A stretch of 64,000 bases of DNA from Candidatus Latescibacterota bacterium (GTDB lineage: Bacteria > Latescibacterota > UBA2968 > GCA-2709665), in assembly GCA_965222075.1 (NCBI GenBank), contig OZ244937.1, positions 1,696,001 to 1,760,000 of the forward strand, in the 5' to 3' direction. The position numbers and the translations under genes were made by a program. The notes beneath the pieces are model-generated. The model searched no databases. It was not told where the DNA came from and saw only the letters and a list, made by a program, of their open reading frames with translations. Positions 40,086-51,394 of this stretch are shown one piece after another (positions within the stretch are counted from its first letter, which is position 1; each line of letters starts with the position of its first letter).

Positions 40086-43000
40086 TCACCATTCCATCTT
40101 CCAGAAAAGCCCCAGGGACTTCCGGTCCCGTTCCTGCTCGTTCCCCACCCTCTGCTGCGCCTCCAGCGTAACCTGCGGCAGCAGCTCGTACTCCACGATC
40201 ACCTCCTGTCCCCTTGCCGAGGAAATATCCTGCGCATAGCTGATGAAGAACCTGGACCCGAAATACTTTCCCACCCGCACCCGGGTAGCCGAGTTCTCCC
40301 GGCCCAGGTCGATCTCCACAACGTCCAAGTTCAACCGCCGGCCGATCGTCCGCTTGAGCTGGTTCGCAGCCACACCCAGCACAAGGCCTGCGGCCTGCCC
40401 TTCCAGGCTGCGCCCGCCGCCGCCTTCCCCGCGCAAAAATCCCGACATTTCTTCGGCCGGCCTTCCGACGATCAGATAAGAGAGCAGGTCCGCTTCGGAC
40501 AGAGGAGGGGTGGTATCGCTCTCCAGGGTAATCTGGGGATTCAGCAGCGTTCCGCCCACGATCACGCTGATCACCGCAGGCTCGTTGGAAACCAGTATCA
40601 CCCTGTGTGTACCCAAAATGTAGAGATCGGGGTTGATATCCGCATTTCCCTGGAACTGGAGTTCTCCACGGTCGATGTTAAAACTCGTATTCTGAAACTC
40701 GTAGCGTCCCTGCCGGCTGTCCAGAGCCCCGTAAATCCGAACCCCCTCCCGGTCTTTGACCAGATCCACATCCCCGGAAATCTCAATATTGAGATCCCTG
40801 TCCCGGATCCAGACATTTCGAGAGGCCGACACCCGAATATTGCAACCCAGATTCTGGATAAAACGAGACGTCACCCAGAAATCGTGGGTCGGCGTCTCGA
40901 TAAAATCCGACAGCCTGAGCACCGCGCGGGTCAACCCTGCCTTGCCTTCCACCCGGGACGCCTCCGGATTCCCCCTCAGGTGGAGGTCGGCCCGCAGGGT
41001 CGCGTTGAGTTCAGGCAGGTTGATCGCCTCAAAATCCTCTGCCTGCAGCGCAATATCAAAATCCTGAACACCAAAACCCTCAACAGCGTGCTGGTCCAGC
41101 CTCACCTCACCGCTGAATGCCAGCCTGCCCTTCCCTTCCCTGGCCTCAAGCTGCTCCAGGACGATCCGGTCCTCAGCAAAGCTCAGCTTTGCCTGAACCT
41201 TCCGGAAGGTCTTGTTCAGGGGCACAATCCGGACGACCCCATCCTGAAGGCGTATCCATCCGCCCTCCTGCAGACGCAAACGCCGGGGGGTGCCTTCCAC
41301 GCTCAGGTCCATCGCCAGCATTCCCCCTGTGTCCCGGACCTCCGAAAACACGGCCTGGAGAAAGCCAGGGTCGATGCCGTCCGCCCTGAGCAACACGCTC
41401 ACGGGCCCTTCGGGAAACAGGTCTTCCCTTCCACCGGGCGACAGATTCAGCGGGAAATACCCCTGCAACACGGCCTCTCGGCCGGGCGACTGCACCAGCT
41501 TCAAATCCACCGCTGCGCGACGATTCCCATAGGCCAGGGTGCCTGAAAAATCCTGAAACCGGACGCCGGCGACAGCGCCGTTCTTCAGTTCCACCTGCGC
41601 CCCGATCTGAGGATCGTCCGGCGTGCCGGACAGGGTGATCTCTCCGGTCAGCACCCCGCTCATCTCACCCCTCAGCCCCAGCAGAAAAGGCCACGTCCGC
41701 AGGTCCACATCCTGCAGCCACACCACCACAGCGCCCGGTTGCCCGGAATGGTCCCGTGCCTCTATCCCGCCGCCGGCCCCGGCCAGCCGGAACTGCTCCA
41801 CATGCACCCCCTCCTGGGGGCTATACCTTACCCGACAGGGGCCGTCGTTAAACAGGGCCATCCGGTCCACCTGAACCGCAAGAGAGTCCAGCTCAAGATA
41901 ATATCCACCCTCCCAGGGCCCGGCCCGGCCCCAGAGATAGACGCGATCGATGTCTTCCGAACTATTCCCCAGCAGAAAGGATATCCCGTCTCCATCCAGG
42001 CCCACATCCAGGAACAGGTCGTGGACCACCCGTCCGCCCCACACAAGAGACCCCACCCGGACGGAAAGGCCTCCCGGCAGGAGAGCAGGCCACCTCATCT
42101 GAAAGGTCACCCTCTGCATCGGGATGCCCTGGTAATTCAGGCTGTCCGCCAACAAATCCACCGCAGCCAGGGGCTTCTCCCAGCTCCCACCGACCCGGAC
42201 AACAAAGGGCGCCGGCGTACCGGAGAGTCCCAACCCCAGCAGGTTGCTCAGCGCCTCGAAATCGTGAACCTGCCCGGTCACGTGGATGTCCAGGCTGTCG
42301 CCCGGCGTCGCCCACCCACGGCCGTCAAAGCGCATCAACGCGCCCGCCAGCATCAGCCGGTCCAGGATCACCCGGCGGCCCTGCAGCACCAGGCTCGCCC
42401 TGGCGCTGTCCAGCTCCCCTCCCAAAAAATCGGGCGCCTCCACCACCAGATCCGCCCGGGCCTGCATCGAATCCGGGTGAAACCCCGCGCCGGCAAGCGA
42501 AATCTGAAACGAAACGTCTCCCCCCAGCCTGGCGTCGCCCGTCAGGCGTTCCAGCGCCAGCCCCTCCAGTTGCAACCCCATCTGATACGTCGGCTGTTTT
42601 CCGCCGGGTCTCCAGAACTGGCCCAGATCCATACGTCCCTTCCCCCGAACCACCCCGTACCCATCCGGCAGTCTCACCCCCAGGCTGTCCAGCCGCACCC
42701 GGCCCCCCCGGGAAGACCCCCGAAGCACGAGTCCGGTTGCCGGGGGCAACCCCTGGATATTCAGGGCGTCAAATCTGGCCTCGCCCTGCCACATACCGGC
42801 CCCCGTCCGCCGCAGCCGGACTTCCCCGGTCAGGTCGGTAACCCTTCCGGACGCTCCTGAAACCCGGGAGAGGTCCAGGTTTGCCAGACGCGCCCTCAGC
42901 GCATAGACCGGAGCCGCCCCCCTCAGGTCAACCTCCAGATTTGCGGCCAGCCCGCCCGCCTCCCCTTCCGCCCTCAGATCCATCACCACCTGTCCACCGT

Positions 43001-44120
43001 TTAACGCCGCCACCAGATTCGCCGTATCCACAGCAGTGCCGAAGAGATACGCACGGGCCATCCCCGCGCTCACCGTCCCCTCGGCGGTCAGTGCATCCAG
43101 GCCCCGTCCCTGCAGCCGAATCACCGTGTCAAACCGGGCGTCCAGGCTCCACTGCGGCCCGATCTGCGCCAGATCCACCCCCCGGCCTTCCGCCTGTACA
43201 TCGTAAACAACGCCCTCCCCGGTAAAATCCACCCGTCCGGACACCGCACAGGTGGTTGACCCGTAGTTGAACCTGAAGTCTCCCCTCATCCCGGAGGCGT
43301 CCCCCCACGCCCGACCCTCAACCGCCACGCTCCCCCGGGGGTAGGTCCCCGGAAAGATCCGGGCCATCTCACCAAACGCCAGGGAATCCGCACGCAGGGC
43401 AAAATCGTACTCCGGCCGGGACAGCCCCGTCATCGTACCATCTATCTGCAGATGGGACCCCGGCGTATGCAGGCGTAGCCCCTTAAGCACCAGTTGTCCG
43501 TCCCGCAGCAGGGTCAGCCCGGCCAGATTCCGAATAACCAGTGGGGGGTCAAAGAGCAGAGACCGGAAACGGCGCAGCGCCAGCTCATACCCCTTCGGAC
43601 CGGCCTGAAATCCCACGACCACATTCAGGCTGTCCACCCGGCCTTCGGTGCCCCACAGGTAACCTCCATCCACAACCTCTGCGTGGCCAATATGGATCTT
43701 CCACTCCGGACCCCCTGTCCACCGGTCAGGATCGGCCGCGGCCAAAACCCCTGCGGCCCAATCTGCCCCACCCGTCGCTTCCCGGAAGCGCACCCTGGGG
43801 GCACGAAAACGGAGCGTATCCACAATCACGGCTCCCCACAGCAACCCCAGCAGCCGGTACTGGACATCCAGAGCATCCAGAACCAGCAGCGGTTCCGGCC
43901 CCTCGCCAAGGCGCACCCGGTCCATTCGCAACCCTGCCAGGGGGTTGCCCTGCAGGCTGCCGATCTCCACGGCCATGCCCAGGCGCCGGGAAAGCCGCCC
44001 CTCCGCATAGTCCCGCAGATAGGGGTTCACCCACCCCGATCCCAGCACCAGCAGCCCGATCCCGCCTCCCACGGCCCCCACGGCCAGGAGGAGGACAAGT
44101 ATTTTAACAACAGGTCTCAT
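40086..44120 (-). CDS. tamB: TamB/AsmA-like protein
   Basis: N-terminal anchor, long beta-rich body, C-terminal DLLSYLIVGR...VGKYF; follows an Omp85 gene. Confidence 0.88.
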   Translation of the reverse strand: MRPVVKILVLLLAVGAVGGGIGLLVLGSGWVNPYLRDYAEGRLSRRLGMAVEIGSLQGNPLAGLRMDRVRLGEGPEPLLVLDALDVQYRLLGLLWGAVIVDTLRFRAPRVRFREATGGADWAAGVLAAADPDRWTGGPEWKIHIGHAEVVDGGYLWGTEGRVDSLNVVVGFQAGPKGYELALRRFRSLLFDPPLVIRNLAGLTLLRDGQLVLKGLRLHTPGSHLQIDGTMTGLSRPEYDFALRADSLAFGEMARIFPGTYPRGSVAVEGRAWGDASGMRGDFRFNYGSTTCAVSGRVDFTGEGVVYDVQAEGRGVDLAQIGPQWSLDARFDTVIRLQGRGLDALTAEGTVSAGMARAYLFGTAVDTANLVAALNGGQVVMDLRAEGEAGGLAANLEVDLRGAAPVYALRARLANLDLSRVSGASGRVTDLTGEVRLRRTGAGMWQGEARFDALNIQGLPPATGLVLRGSSRGGRVRLDSLGVRLPDGYGVVRGKGRMDLGQFWRPGGKQPTYQMGLQLEGLALERLTGDARLGGDVSFQISLAGAGFHPDSMQARADLVVEAPDFLGGELDSARASLVLQGRRVILDRLMLAGALMRFDGRGWATPGDSLDIHVTGQVHDFEALSNLLGLGLSGTPAPFVVRVGGSWEKPLAAVDLLADSLNYQGIPMQRVTFQMRWPALLPGGLSVRVGSLVWGGRVVHDLFLDVGLDGDGISFLLGNSSEDIDRVYLWGRAGPWEGGYYLELDSLAVQVDRMALFNDGPCRVRYSPQEGVHVEQFRLAGAGGGIEARDHSGQPGAVVVWLQDVDLRTWPFLLGLRGEMSGVLTGEITLSGTPDDPQIGAQVELKNGAVAGVRFQDFSGTLAYGNRRAAVDLKLVQSPGREAVLQGYFPLNLSPGGREDLFPEGPVSVLLRADGIDPGFLQAVFSEVRDTGGMLAMDLSVEGTPRRLRLQEGGWIRLQDGVVRIVPLNKTFRKVQAKLSFAEDRIVLEQLEAREGKGRLAFSGEVRLDQHAVEGFGVQDFDIALQAEDFEAINLPELNATLRADLHLRGNPEASRVEGKAGLTRAVLRLSDFIETPTHDFWVTSRFIQNLGCNIRVSASRNVWIRDRDLNIEISGDVDLVKDREGVRIYGALDSRQGRYEFQNTSFNIDRGELQFQGNADINPDLYILGTHRVILVSNEPAVISVIVGGTLLNPQITLESDTTPPLSEADLLSYLIVGRPAEEMSGFLRGEGGGGRSLEGQAAGLVLGVAANQLKRTIGRRLNLDVVEIDLGRENSATRVRVGKYFGSRFFISYAQDISSARGQEVIVEYELLPQVTLEAQQRVGNEQERDRKSLGLFWKMEW

Positions 44121-44159
44121 AAGGAAATGCGATCCAACCCCAAAGCCACCCGCTATGCT

Positions 44160-45986
44160 TCAAAACGCCTGTCCCAGGCTGAAATAAATCCGCCTGTGGG
44201 GCACGAACCGGTCTTCGGAGAGCCGGTATGCAACATCGATCCGCAGGGGGCTGATGGGGCTCAAATAGCGCACCCCGGCGCCTGCGGCCAGCTGCAACTC
44301 GCCCGGTTTGAAGGCCCCGAACCGATCCGATCCGACATTGCCCGCATCCAGGAACACGGCCATCCCCAACACGGGCAGCAGCCGGGTGCGCAGCTCGATG
44401 CTTCCCTCCAGCAGGCTCCGCCCGCCCACCGGATTGCCGGATGCGTCCCGGGGGCTCAGCTGGTTCAGGCGCCATCCCCGCACGCTGTTCGCCCCACCCG
44501 CGAAAAACCGCTCGAAATTGGGGATCGCCTTCGCCGTCCCCAGGCTCAGGATCATCCCTCCCGAAACCCTGAAGGCCAGCACGTTTTTCCGGAATACCTT
44601 CCGGTACCAGCGCCCTTCACCCGTCAGCTTGAGGAAATCCCCAACCCCCGACGCCTTCATCGCAAGCGAAGCCAGCAGTCCCCGCTGGGGATCGAAGAAA
44701 TCGTCCCGGGTATCTTCCATGTAGTCGATCAAAAAATTGGTGCGGGTGCTGTCAACCTTGAAGTCAACCAGTTCGGTCCGCACCTGAAAAACAATTCTGC
44801 CCGTGGCCCTGAACGTCCGTTCCAAAGACACGCTACCCCCTGCCCGCTTCACCCGGATCTCCTCAGGACGTTCCTGCTCTACAAACCCCACCACGTCCAG
44901 CCAGGTCTTGCTCCCAAAAATGTAGGGCTGCCGCAGGCCGATCTTCCCATGGGCTTCCAGGGCCGACGCTTCGGACTCGATGGTCAGCTGCCGTGCGCCC
45001 CCCCCCAGGAAATTCCGGTGCCGCCAGGCCAGCAACCCGCGCACCTGCTCCTCCGTATCGTATCCCGCCCCCAGCTTCAGGCTCCGGGGCGGGCGCTCGC
45101 GCACCAGAACGGCCACGTCCACAGGGCTTGTCTGAGCGGCGGTGTCCGGCAGACTCAGTGAAACCGACCGAAACACCCCCGACCGGTAGAGCTGACGCCG
45201 GCTGTTTAAGAGGTCCCGCTTCCGGTAGGCCTCCCCCTCCCGAAAGGTCAGGCCCCGCCGGATCAGCCCTTTGGAAACCTTCCGGTTGCCCTCGACCCGC
45301 ACCTGTCCGAACCGGCATTTTGGCCCTGGCCTGGCCCGAAACGTCACGTCTGCCCGGCGGGCCTGCCGGGTTACGGGGGCCGCAACCTCGGCAAAGGCGT
45401 AGCCGCTGTCCTGAAGCCGGCCGGCAATGAGGTTCAGATCCGCCTCCCGGCCGACCCGGGTCAGTGGCCGACCCGGTTTGGTGCTCAGCGCCTCCCGGAG
45501 GTGCAGGCTGTCCAACGCGGCACCTGCCGGCAGGTCGGCAGGCAGGCCTTCCAGCCGGACGCTGAAAACCAGCACAGGCTCTCCCTCTTCAATGCGGATC
45601 CGGATGCGCACAAACCCGGGGCGGTACCGGTTGATCACCGTATCTACAACCGCGTCAAAATAGCCCAGGTCTTTGTAACGCGCAACAACCCGCGCAACAT
45701 CGGATCGAAACACGGCCGGATCGAACCGCCGGGGCTTTACACCCGGAAATATCGTGTACCACCGGCTCACCCGGGTATGCATCAGCAGCTTGAGATCTCC
45801 CCTGGAAAGGACACGATTTCCTTCAATCGTAATCGCTTCAACAACAGGAGGCTCGGCCTCCTGCCTGCCTGCCGAGTCGCCTGCCTGCGCCGAGTTCTGC
45901 TCGGCAGGCAGGGCGCAGGCAGGTCCAAAAAGGGTAAAGGGAATACCCAGGAAGACCATGGGAACGAAAATTCTGAGCAGAATCAA
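44160..45986 (-). CDS. tamA: Omp85 family (TamA/BamA-like) outer membrane protein
   Basis: POTRA repeats, FFAGGANSVRGW, C-terminal YFSLGQAF. Confidence 0.9.
   Translation of the reverse strand: MILLRIFVPMVFLGIPFTLFGPACALPAEQNSAQAGDSAGRQEAEPPVVEAITIEGNRVLSRGDLKLLMHTRVSRWYTIFPGVKPRRFDPAVFRSDVARVVARYKDLGYFDAVVDTVINRYRPGFVRIRIRIEEGEPVLVFSVRLEGLPADLPAGAALDSLHLREALSTKPGRPLTRVGREADLNLIAGRLQDSGYAFAEVAAPVTRQARRADVTFRARPGPKCRFGQVRVEGNRKVSKGLIRRGLTFREGEAYRKRDLLNSRRQLYRSGVFRSVSLSLPDTAAQTSPVDVAVLVRERPPRSLKLGAGYDTEEQVRGLLAWRHRNFLGGGARQLTIESEASALEAHGKIGLRQPYIFGSKTWLDVVGFVEQERPEEIRVKRAGGSVSLERTFRATGRIVFQVRTELVDFKVDSTRTNFLIDYMEDTRDDFFDPQRGLLASLAMKASGVGDFLKLTGEGRWYRKVFRKNVLAFRVSGGMILSLGTAKAIPNFERFFAGGANSVRGWRLNQLSPRDASGNPVGGRSLLEGSIELRTRLLPVLGMAVFLDAGNVGSDRFGAFKPGELQLAAGAGVRYLSPISPLRIDVAYRLSEDRFVPHRRIYFSLGQAF
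45523..45546. repeat. 24-nt palindrome-family copy in frame in a POTRA loop
   Basis: CCTGCCGGCAGGTCGGCAGGCAGG encodes LPADLPAG; removal gives LEGAALDSL. Confidence 0.65.
45864..45923. repeat. Nested palindromes (33 nt inside 27 nt) in frame after the tamA signal peptide
   Basis: CCTGCCTGCCGAGTCG[CCTGCCTGCGCCGAGTTCTGCTCGGCAGGCAGG]GCGCAGGCAGG; removal gives TLFG-QEAEPP. Confidence 0.9.
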
Positions 45987-46202
45987 TGTGCTCCATCCTA
46001 TTCCACCATTTGCAGATCCCGCCCTGCCTGCGTCCCCCGGGTTTGGTGCGAGGGGAAGGGGCTATCTACCGAAAGGTTATTTTCCAAGCATCTTCTCAAA
46101 AAAAAGATACGCTTCTGGCCGGAACGCACAAGGAGTTTTTGTAAAGGTCAAAGATCAAGGGCCCTTTGCCTTTAAAAAAATGCCCCCTTTGCCGAGGTCG
46201 AA

Positions 46203-46425
46203 ATGAACGAATACTTCTCGCCGGATGCGGTTGAGGTGGAAAACGGGATCGCCAAGCTTCCTGACCTTCCCTCTCAAGTCTTCTACTATGTCCGGGACCC
46301 CGAACTGATCATCTTCGAGAGCGAGACACAGACCGCCGGACCGGGTGGTGTTGCGCTGATGACCCGGATGCTGGACTTCGCCCAGCAGCTGAAGGTCGGC
46401 ACCATCTTTACCGGAGCGGCGTTCG
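46203..46425 (+). pseudogene. Fragment of a PAC2-family protein
   Basis: YFSPDAVEVENGI..LP..VFYY..LIIFESETQ..IFTGAAF, then frame runs antisense into dnaK. Confidence 0.6.
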
Positions 46426-46494
46426 AGAGGACCAGGAGGGCAGTGTGTAAAACGAGTCCATACGTGATCGGTTTAGGGCCAACTGGCCGTGCCC

Positions 46495-48411
<1,917 letters not shown>

Positions 48412-48450
48412 TGCTGTTCTCCTCTCTTTAATTGCAATCCAAAACCGGTT

Positions 48451-48480
48451 AAGAGGCTGAGGACAATCCCCCAGCCTCTT
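48451..48480. other. Intercistronic hairpin between hsp20 and dnaK
   Basis: AAGAGGCTG...CAGCCTCTT; weak U tract. Confidence 0.6.
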
Positions 48481-48506
48481 TCTCCCGGCGTTTCTGTAAG
48501 GGATGT

Positions 48507-48947
48507 TTATACCGCCTTAATCTCGATCTCCTTCGGCCTGGCCTCTTCCGTCTTGGGCAGGGTCAGCGTTAGCACCCCATCCGTGTAAGCCGCCGAAATC
48601 TTCTCGGCGTCCACAGCCGAAGGCAGCGTAAACGACCGCTTGAAGCTCCCGTAGGTCCGCTCCGTCCAGTGGAAACGCTTCTCATCCTCCTCGGACTCGT
48701 GCCGCTTCTCGCCGTGGACCGTCAGCACGTTCTTGTCCACGTTCACCTTGATCTCTTCCCGACTCAGGCCCGGCAGATCGACCTGGACAACGACTGCCTG
48801 CTCGGTCTCCGACACGTCCATCGACGGGCGCCAGGCGACCGGTCTGCTGTCGCCATTCCCCCACGCGTTTCTGAACCCTTCGAAAAACCGATTAAAATCG
48901 TTGTGAAAACCGAAGAGCGCCTGCGGCTGCCATCTGACCAGTGTCAT
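48507..48947 (-). CDS. Hsp20/alpha-crystallin small heat-shock protein
   Basis: [33 protein letters not shown]. Confidence 0.96.
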   Translation of the reverse strand: MTLVRWQPQALFGFHNDFNRFFEGFRNAWGNGDSRPVAWRPSMDVSETEQAVVVQVDLPGLSREEIKVNVDKNVLTVHGEKRHESEEDEKRFHWTERTYGSFKRSFTLPSAVDAEKISAAYTDGVLTLTLPKTEEARPKEIEIKAV

Positions 48948-49043
48948 CGTTCTTCACCTCCGTTAAGATTTTTGAACTGTTGATCTCTGAGATTTCCCGC
49001 AAGAACTGCCAGCCGATTTCTTGCGTCCTCTCCCGATTGATTC

Positions 49044-49060
49044 AGCAAGGCTCGTGCCAA
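49044..49060 (-). promoter_or_regulatory. Sigma54 -24/-12 promoter for hsp20-dnaK
   Basis: TTGGCACGAGCCTTGCT. Confidence 0.8.
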
Positions 49061-49162
49061 TCTACGGGAGCGGGTGTATATTTTATACATATCCAATTGA
49101 TATAATTACACTTAACAAATATACGGAATCTTATGTTTCCCTGGAATTTTTGAAACAGGTGA

Positions 49163-49215
49163 TGCCATTATGACACGTTACAGCCATTTATGGAAATCTA
49201 ATTGCCATATTGTCA
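49163..49215. promoter_or_regulatory. Two putative enhancer-binding-protein sites
   Basis: TGCCATTATGACA and TGCCATATTGTCA, 40 bp apart, beyond an AT-rich tract. Confidence 0.6.
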
Positions 49216-49253
49216 TAATCCCGGACATAAAAAACAGCACAGGTGCGATGACG

Positions 49254-50060
49254 CTAATACCCGCTCCCCCTCAAATACGCGCACGTACGCCTGCTCCGCG
49301 CCGCCTCACTTAACGGGTCCTCCGCGCCGGGCACAGGCTGTCCGGGGCAGCTGGTGACCCAGCGTGCAAACCCGATCTCCTCCAGCGCCTTCCCGATGCC
49401 CGGAAAATCGATGTCTGTCCCTTCGCCCACGCCGCACCACACGGGCAGGTACTGGCCGTCTTCGTCCCGTGAGGTGGACGTGTAGTCCTGCAGGTGGATA
49501 TAGTTCAGCTGCTCCCGGAAATCCCGGATTGACGCCACCGGGTCGTACCCCCACAGCCGGGCGTGCGAAACGTCGATACACAGTTTAGCCCTGTCGAGCT
49601 GGTCCATATAAAAACGCCAGTCCTCGATCGAGTCAACCAGCGTATTGGTATGGATGTGGTAGCTGATCTCCAGGTCGTACTGCGCCGCATACTCCGCCCA
49701 GGCCTCCGCGCCTTCGGCCGCGGCCTTCAGGTCGTCCTCATTCACCGGCCGGCCCTCCGGCTTGCGCCCGCTCATAAACATAAAGCAGTCCACCTCCATC
49801 TCGGCCGCGTAATCCATCCGCCGCTTATTGCGCTCCACGTGTTCCCAGTCCCGGCTGTCGGGAGAGCCGCTGGCGGTGAACACCACCAGCGGCATGCCCG
49901 TATTCTCGCAAATCCGGCGCAACCGTGCGGGCGGGCCCAGCCAGTCCAAAGGCAGGCGCCCTTCCCAGCCCTCCCAGCCGGCCGCCTTCAGCGCTTCCAG
50001 CGCAGGCTCTAAGTCCGGATGCTTCCACCTCAGGGTACTGTATCCCAGCTTAAAAGCCAT
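49254..50060 (-). CDS. Sugar phosphate isomerase/epimerase (IolE-like)
   Basis: YHIH, IDVSH, YIHLQD, VGEG.IDF; start ATG 50060. Confidence 0.85.
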   Translation of the reverse strand: MAFKLGYSTLRWKHPDLEPALEALKAAGWEGWEGRLPLDWLGPPARLRRICENTGMPLVVFTASGSPDSRDWEHVERNKRRMDYAAEMEVDCFMFMSGRKPEGRPVNEDDLKAAAEGAEAWAEYAAQYDLEISYHIHTNTLVDSIEDWRFYMDQLDRAKLCIDVSHARLWGYDPVASIRDFREQLNYIHLQDYTSTSRDEDGQYLPVWCGVGEGTDIDFPGIGKALEEIGFARWVTSCPGQPVPGAEDPLSEAARSRRTCAYLRGSGY

Positions 50061-50171
50061 ATCTTCCTCCTTACTCACGAGCAATACTGTGGGCTTGAAA
50101 ACAGTAAATCGTTAAAATCCAATGATGGCTCAGAGACAGCCGGATGTCAAGGACGATCAGAACCGGCAATC

Positions 50172-50205
50172 AAAAAAGGCCCGGAGAAAATCCCCGGGGC
50201 CTTTT
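50172..50205. terminator. Intrinsic terminator
   Basis: AAAAAAGGCCC...GGGCCTTTT. Confidence 0.65.
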
Positions 50206-50229
50206 CATATCTTCACACTGAATCGATCC

Positions 50230-50478
50230 TCATCCTGTCCGCAGATTTCTGTACGCCTCGGTCGCCGACTGGGGGCGCTCGTAGTCGGCCTTCCACTCAC
50301 GTTCTTCAACCGGCATCTTGCCAACCGCGCGGGCCATCTGGCGGATGTGCGCACCCTCGCATCCGCAGCAGCCCCCGATGAAATTCACCCCGAGGTCCAG
50401 CGCCCGCCTGGCAAAGTCGCCCATTTCATAGCGGGTAATCCGGTAGGGATCCAGCTTGTCCGGAAAGCACACCATCAA
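50230..50478 (-). pseudogene. C-terminal fragment of a homocysteine S-methyltransferase
   Basis: FPDKLDP..TRYEMGDFA..LGVNFIGGCCG..HIRQMA. Confidence 0.8.
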
Positions 50479-50550
50479 ATATTACCGTCGATTCCCATAA
50501 AAGTCAATCAAAAATCGACCGTCTCCTTCCTGGTGCGGACCAGAGGCTAT

Positions 50551-50579
50551 TTGCAATATATCTCAAATTGCGATATATT
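50551..50579 (+). promoter_or_regulatory. higBA promoter with overlapping operator; probably leaderless
   Basis: TTGCAA-17 nt-TATATT, ATG begins 7 nt later; AATATATCTCAA-A-TTGCGATATATT palindrome. Confidence 0.75.
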
Positions 50580-50585
50580 ATATAG

Positions 50586-50873
50586 ATGCACGTAATCTCA
50601 CGCAAAGCCCTCCGGGTGTTTTGGGCACAGCATCCTGACAGCGAGGAGCCTCTGAGTCGCTGGTTCAAGATCATGCGGCAGACTCAGTTTGGCAATTTCG
50701 CGGCATTGCGCCGCACCTTTCCTTCGGCAGACAAAGTCGGAGAATTCGTCGTGTTCAACATCGCCGGCAACAAGTATCGCCTGATTGTCTCTATTCACCT
50801 CAATCGGGGCAAAGTATATATCCGTCACGTGCTTACCCACCAGGCCTACGACCGTGGAGGATGGACGACATGA
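50586..50873 (+). CDS. higB: HigB-family toxin
   Basis: MHVISRKAL, FPSAD, VFNIAGNKYRLI, LTHQAYD. Confidence 0.93.
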   Translation: MHVISRKALRVFWAQHPDSEEPLSRWFKIMRQTQFGNFAALRRTFPSADKVGEFVVFNIAGNKYRLIVSIHLNRGKVYIRHVLTHQAYDRGGWTT

Positions 50874-51268
50874 GTATCATTACCCCACAGCTTCAGCGGT
50901 CCTGGACGCAAGTGAGCGCCTTACTCAAGATTCAGGACGAGCAGGAATATGATTTGGCACTAAAGCGTCTCAACAGCCTGATAGATGAAGTGGGCACTGA
51001 TGAGCGGCATCCGCTCTATTCTCTGCTCGATACGCTGGGCACCGTTGTCTATGCTTGGGAGGAACAACATCATCCCATGCGCAAGTTGGAGGGTAGGGAT
51101 TCACTTCGATTCCTCATGGAGGAGCATGAATTGACTCAGTCGGACTTGCCGGAGGTGGGTTCGCAAGGGGTGGTTTCGGAGATTCTGGGTGGGCAACGGG
51201 AGCTGAACATCCGGCAGATACGTGCTTTGTCCAAACGATTCGGCGTCTCACCCTCAGTATTTGTATAG
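50870..51268 (+). CDS. higA: HigA HTH antitoxin
   Basis: LRFLMEEHELTQSDL, SQGVVSEIL.G.RELN; ATGA overlap. Confidence 0.93.
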   Translation: MSIITPQLQRSWTQVSALLKIQDEQEYDLALKRLNSLIDEVGTDERHPLYSLLDTLGTVVYAWEEQHHPMRKLEGRDSLRFLMEEHELTQSDLPEVGSQGVVSEILGGQRELNIRQIRALSKRFGVSPSVFV

Positions 51269-51293
51269 GCTCAATCTCCGTCGAATGCCCTTT

Positions 51294-51376
51294 GTCTAAC
51301 ACCGTGCCCCCGGCTACGGGCCATGCGGCCCTTCGCCCAACCGCTGCGCGGTTCGGGGACACGGTAAACGCTATAT
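51294..51376 (+). mobile_element. attC-like site 1
   Basis: GTCTAAC...GCTATAT (GTT altered); stem ACCGTGCCCCCG/CGGGGACACGGT; clearly homologous to 54092-54173. Confidence 0.7.
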
Positions 51377-51394
51377 GGATCAATTGGTGATCGT

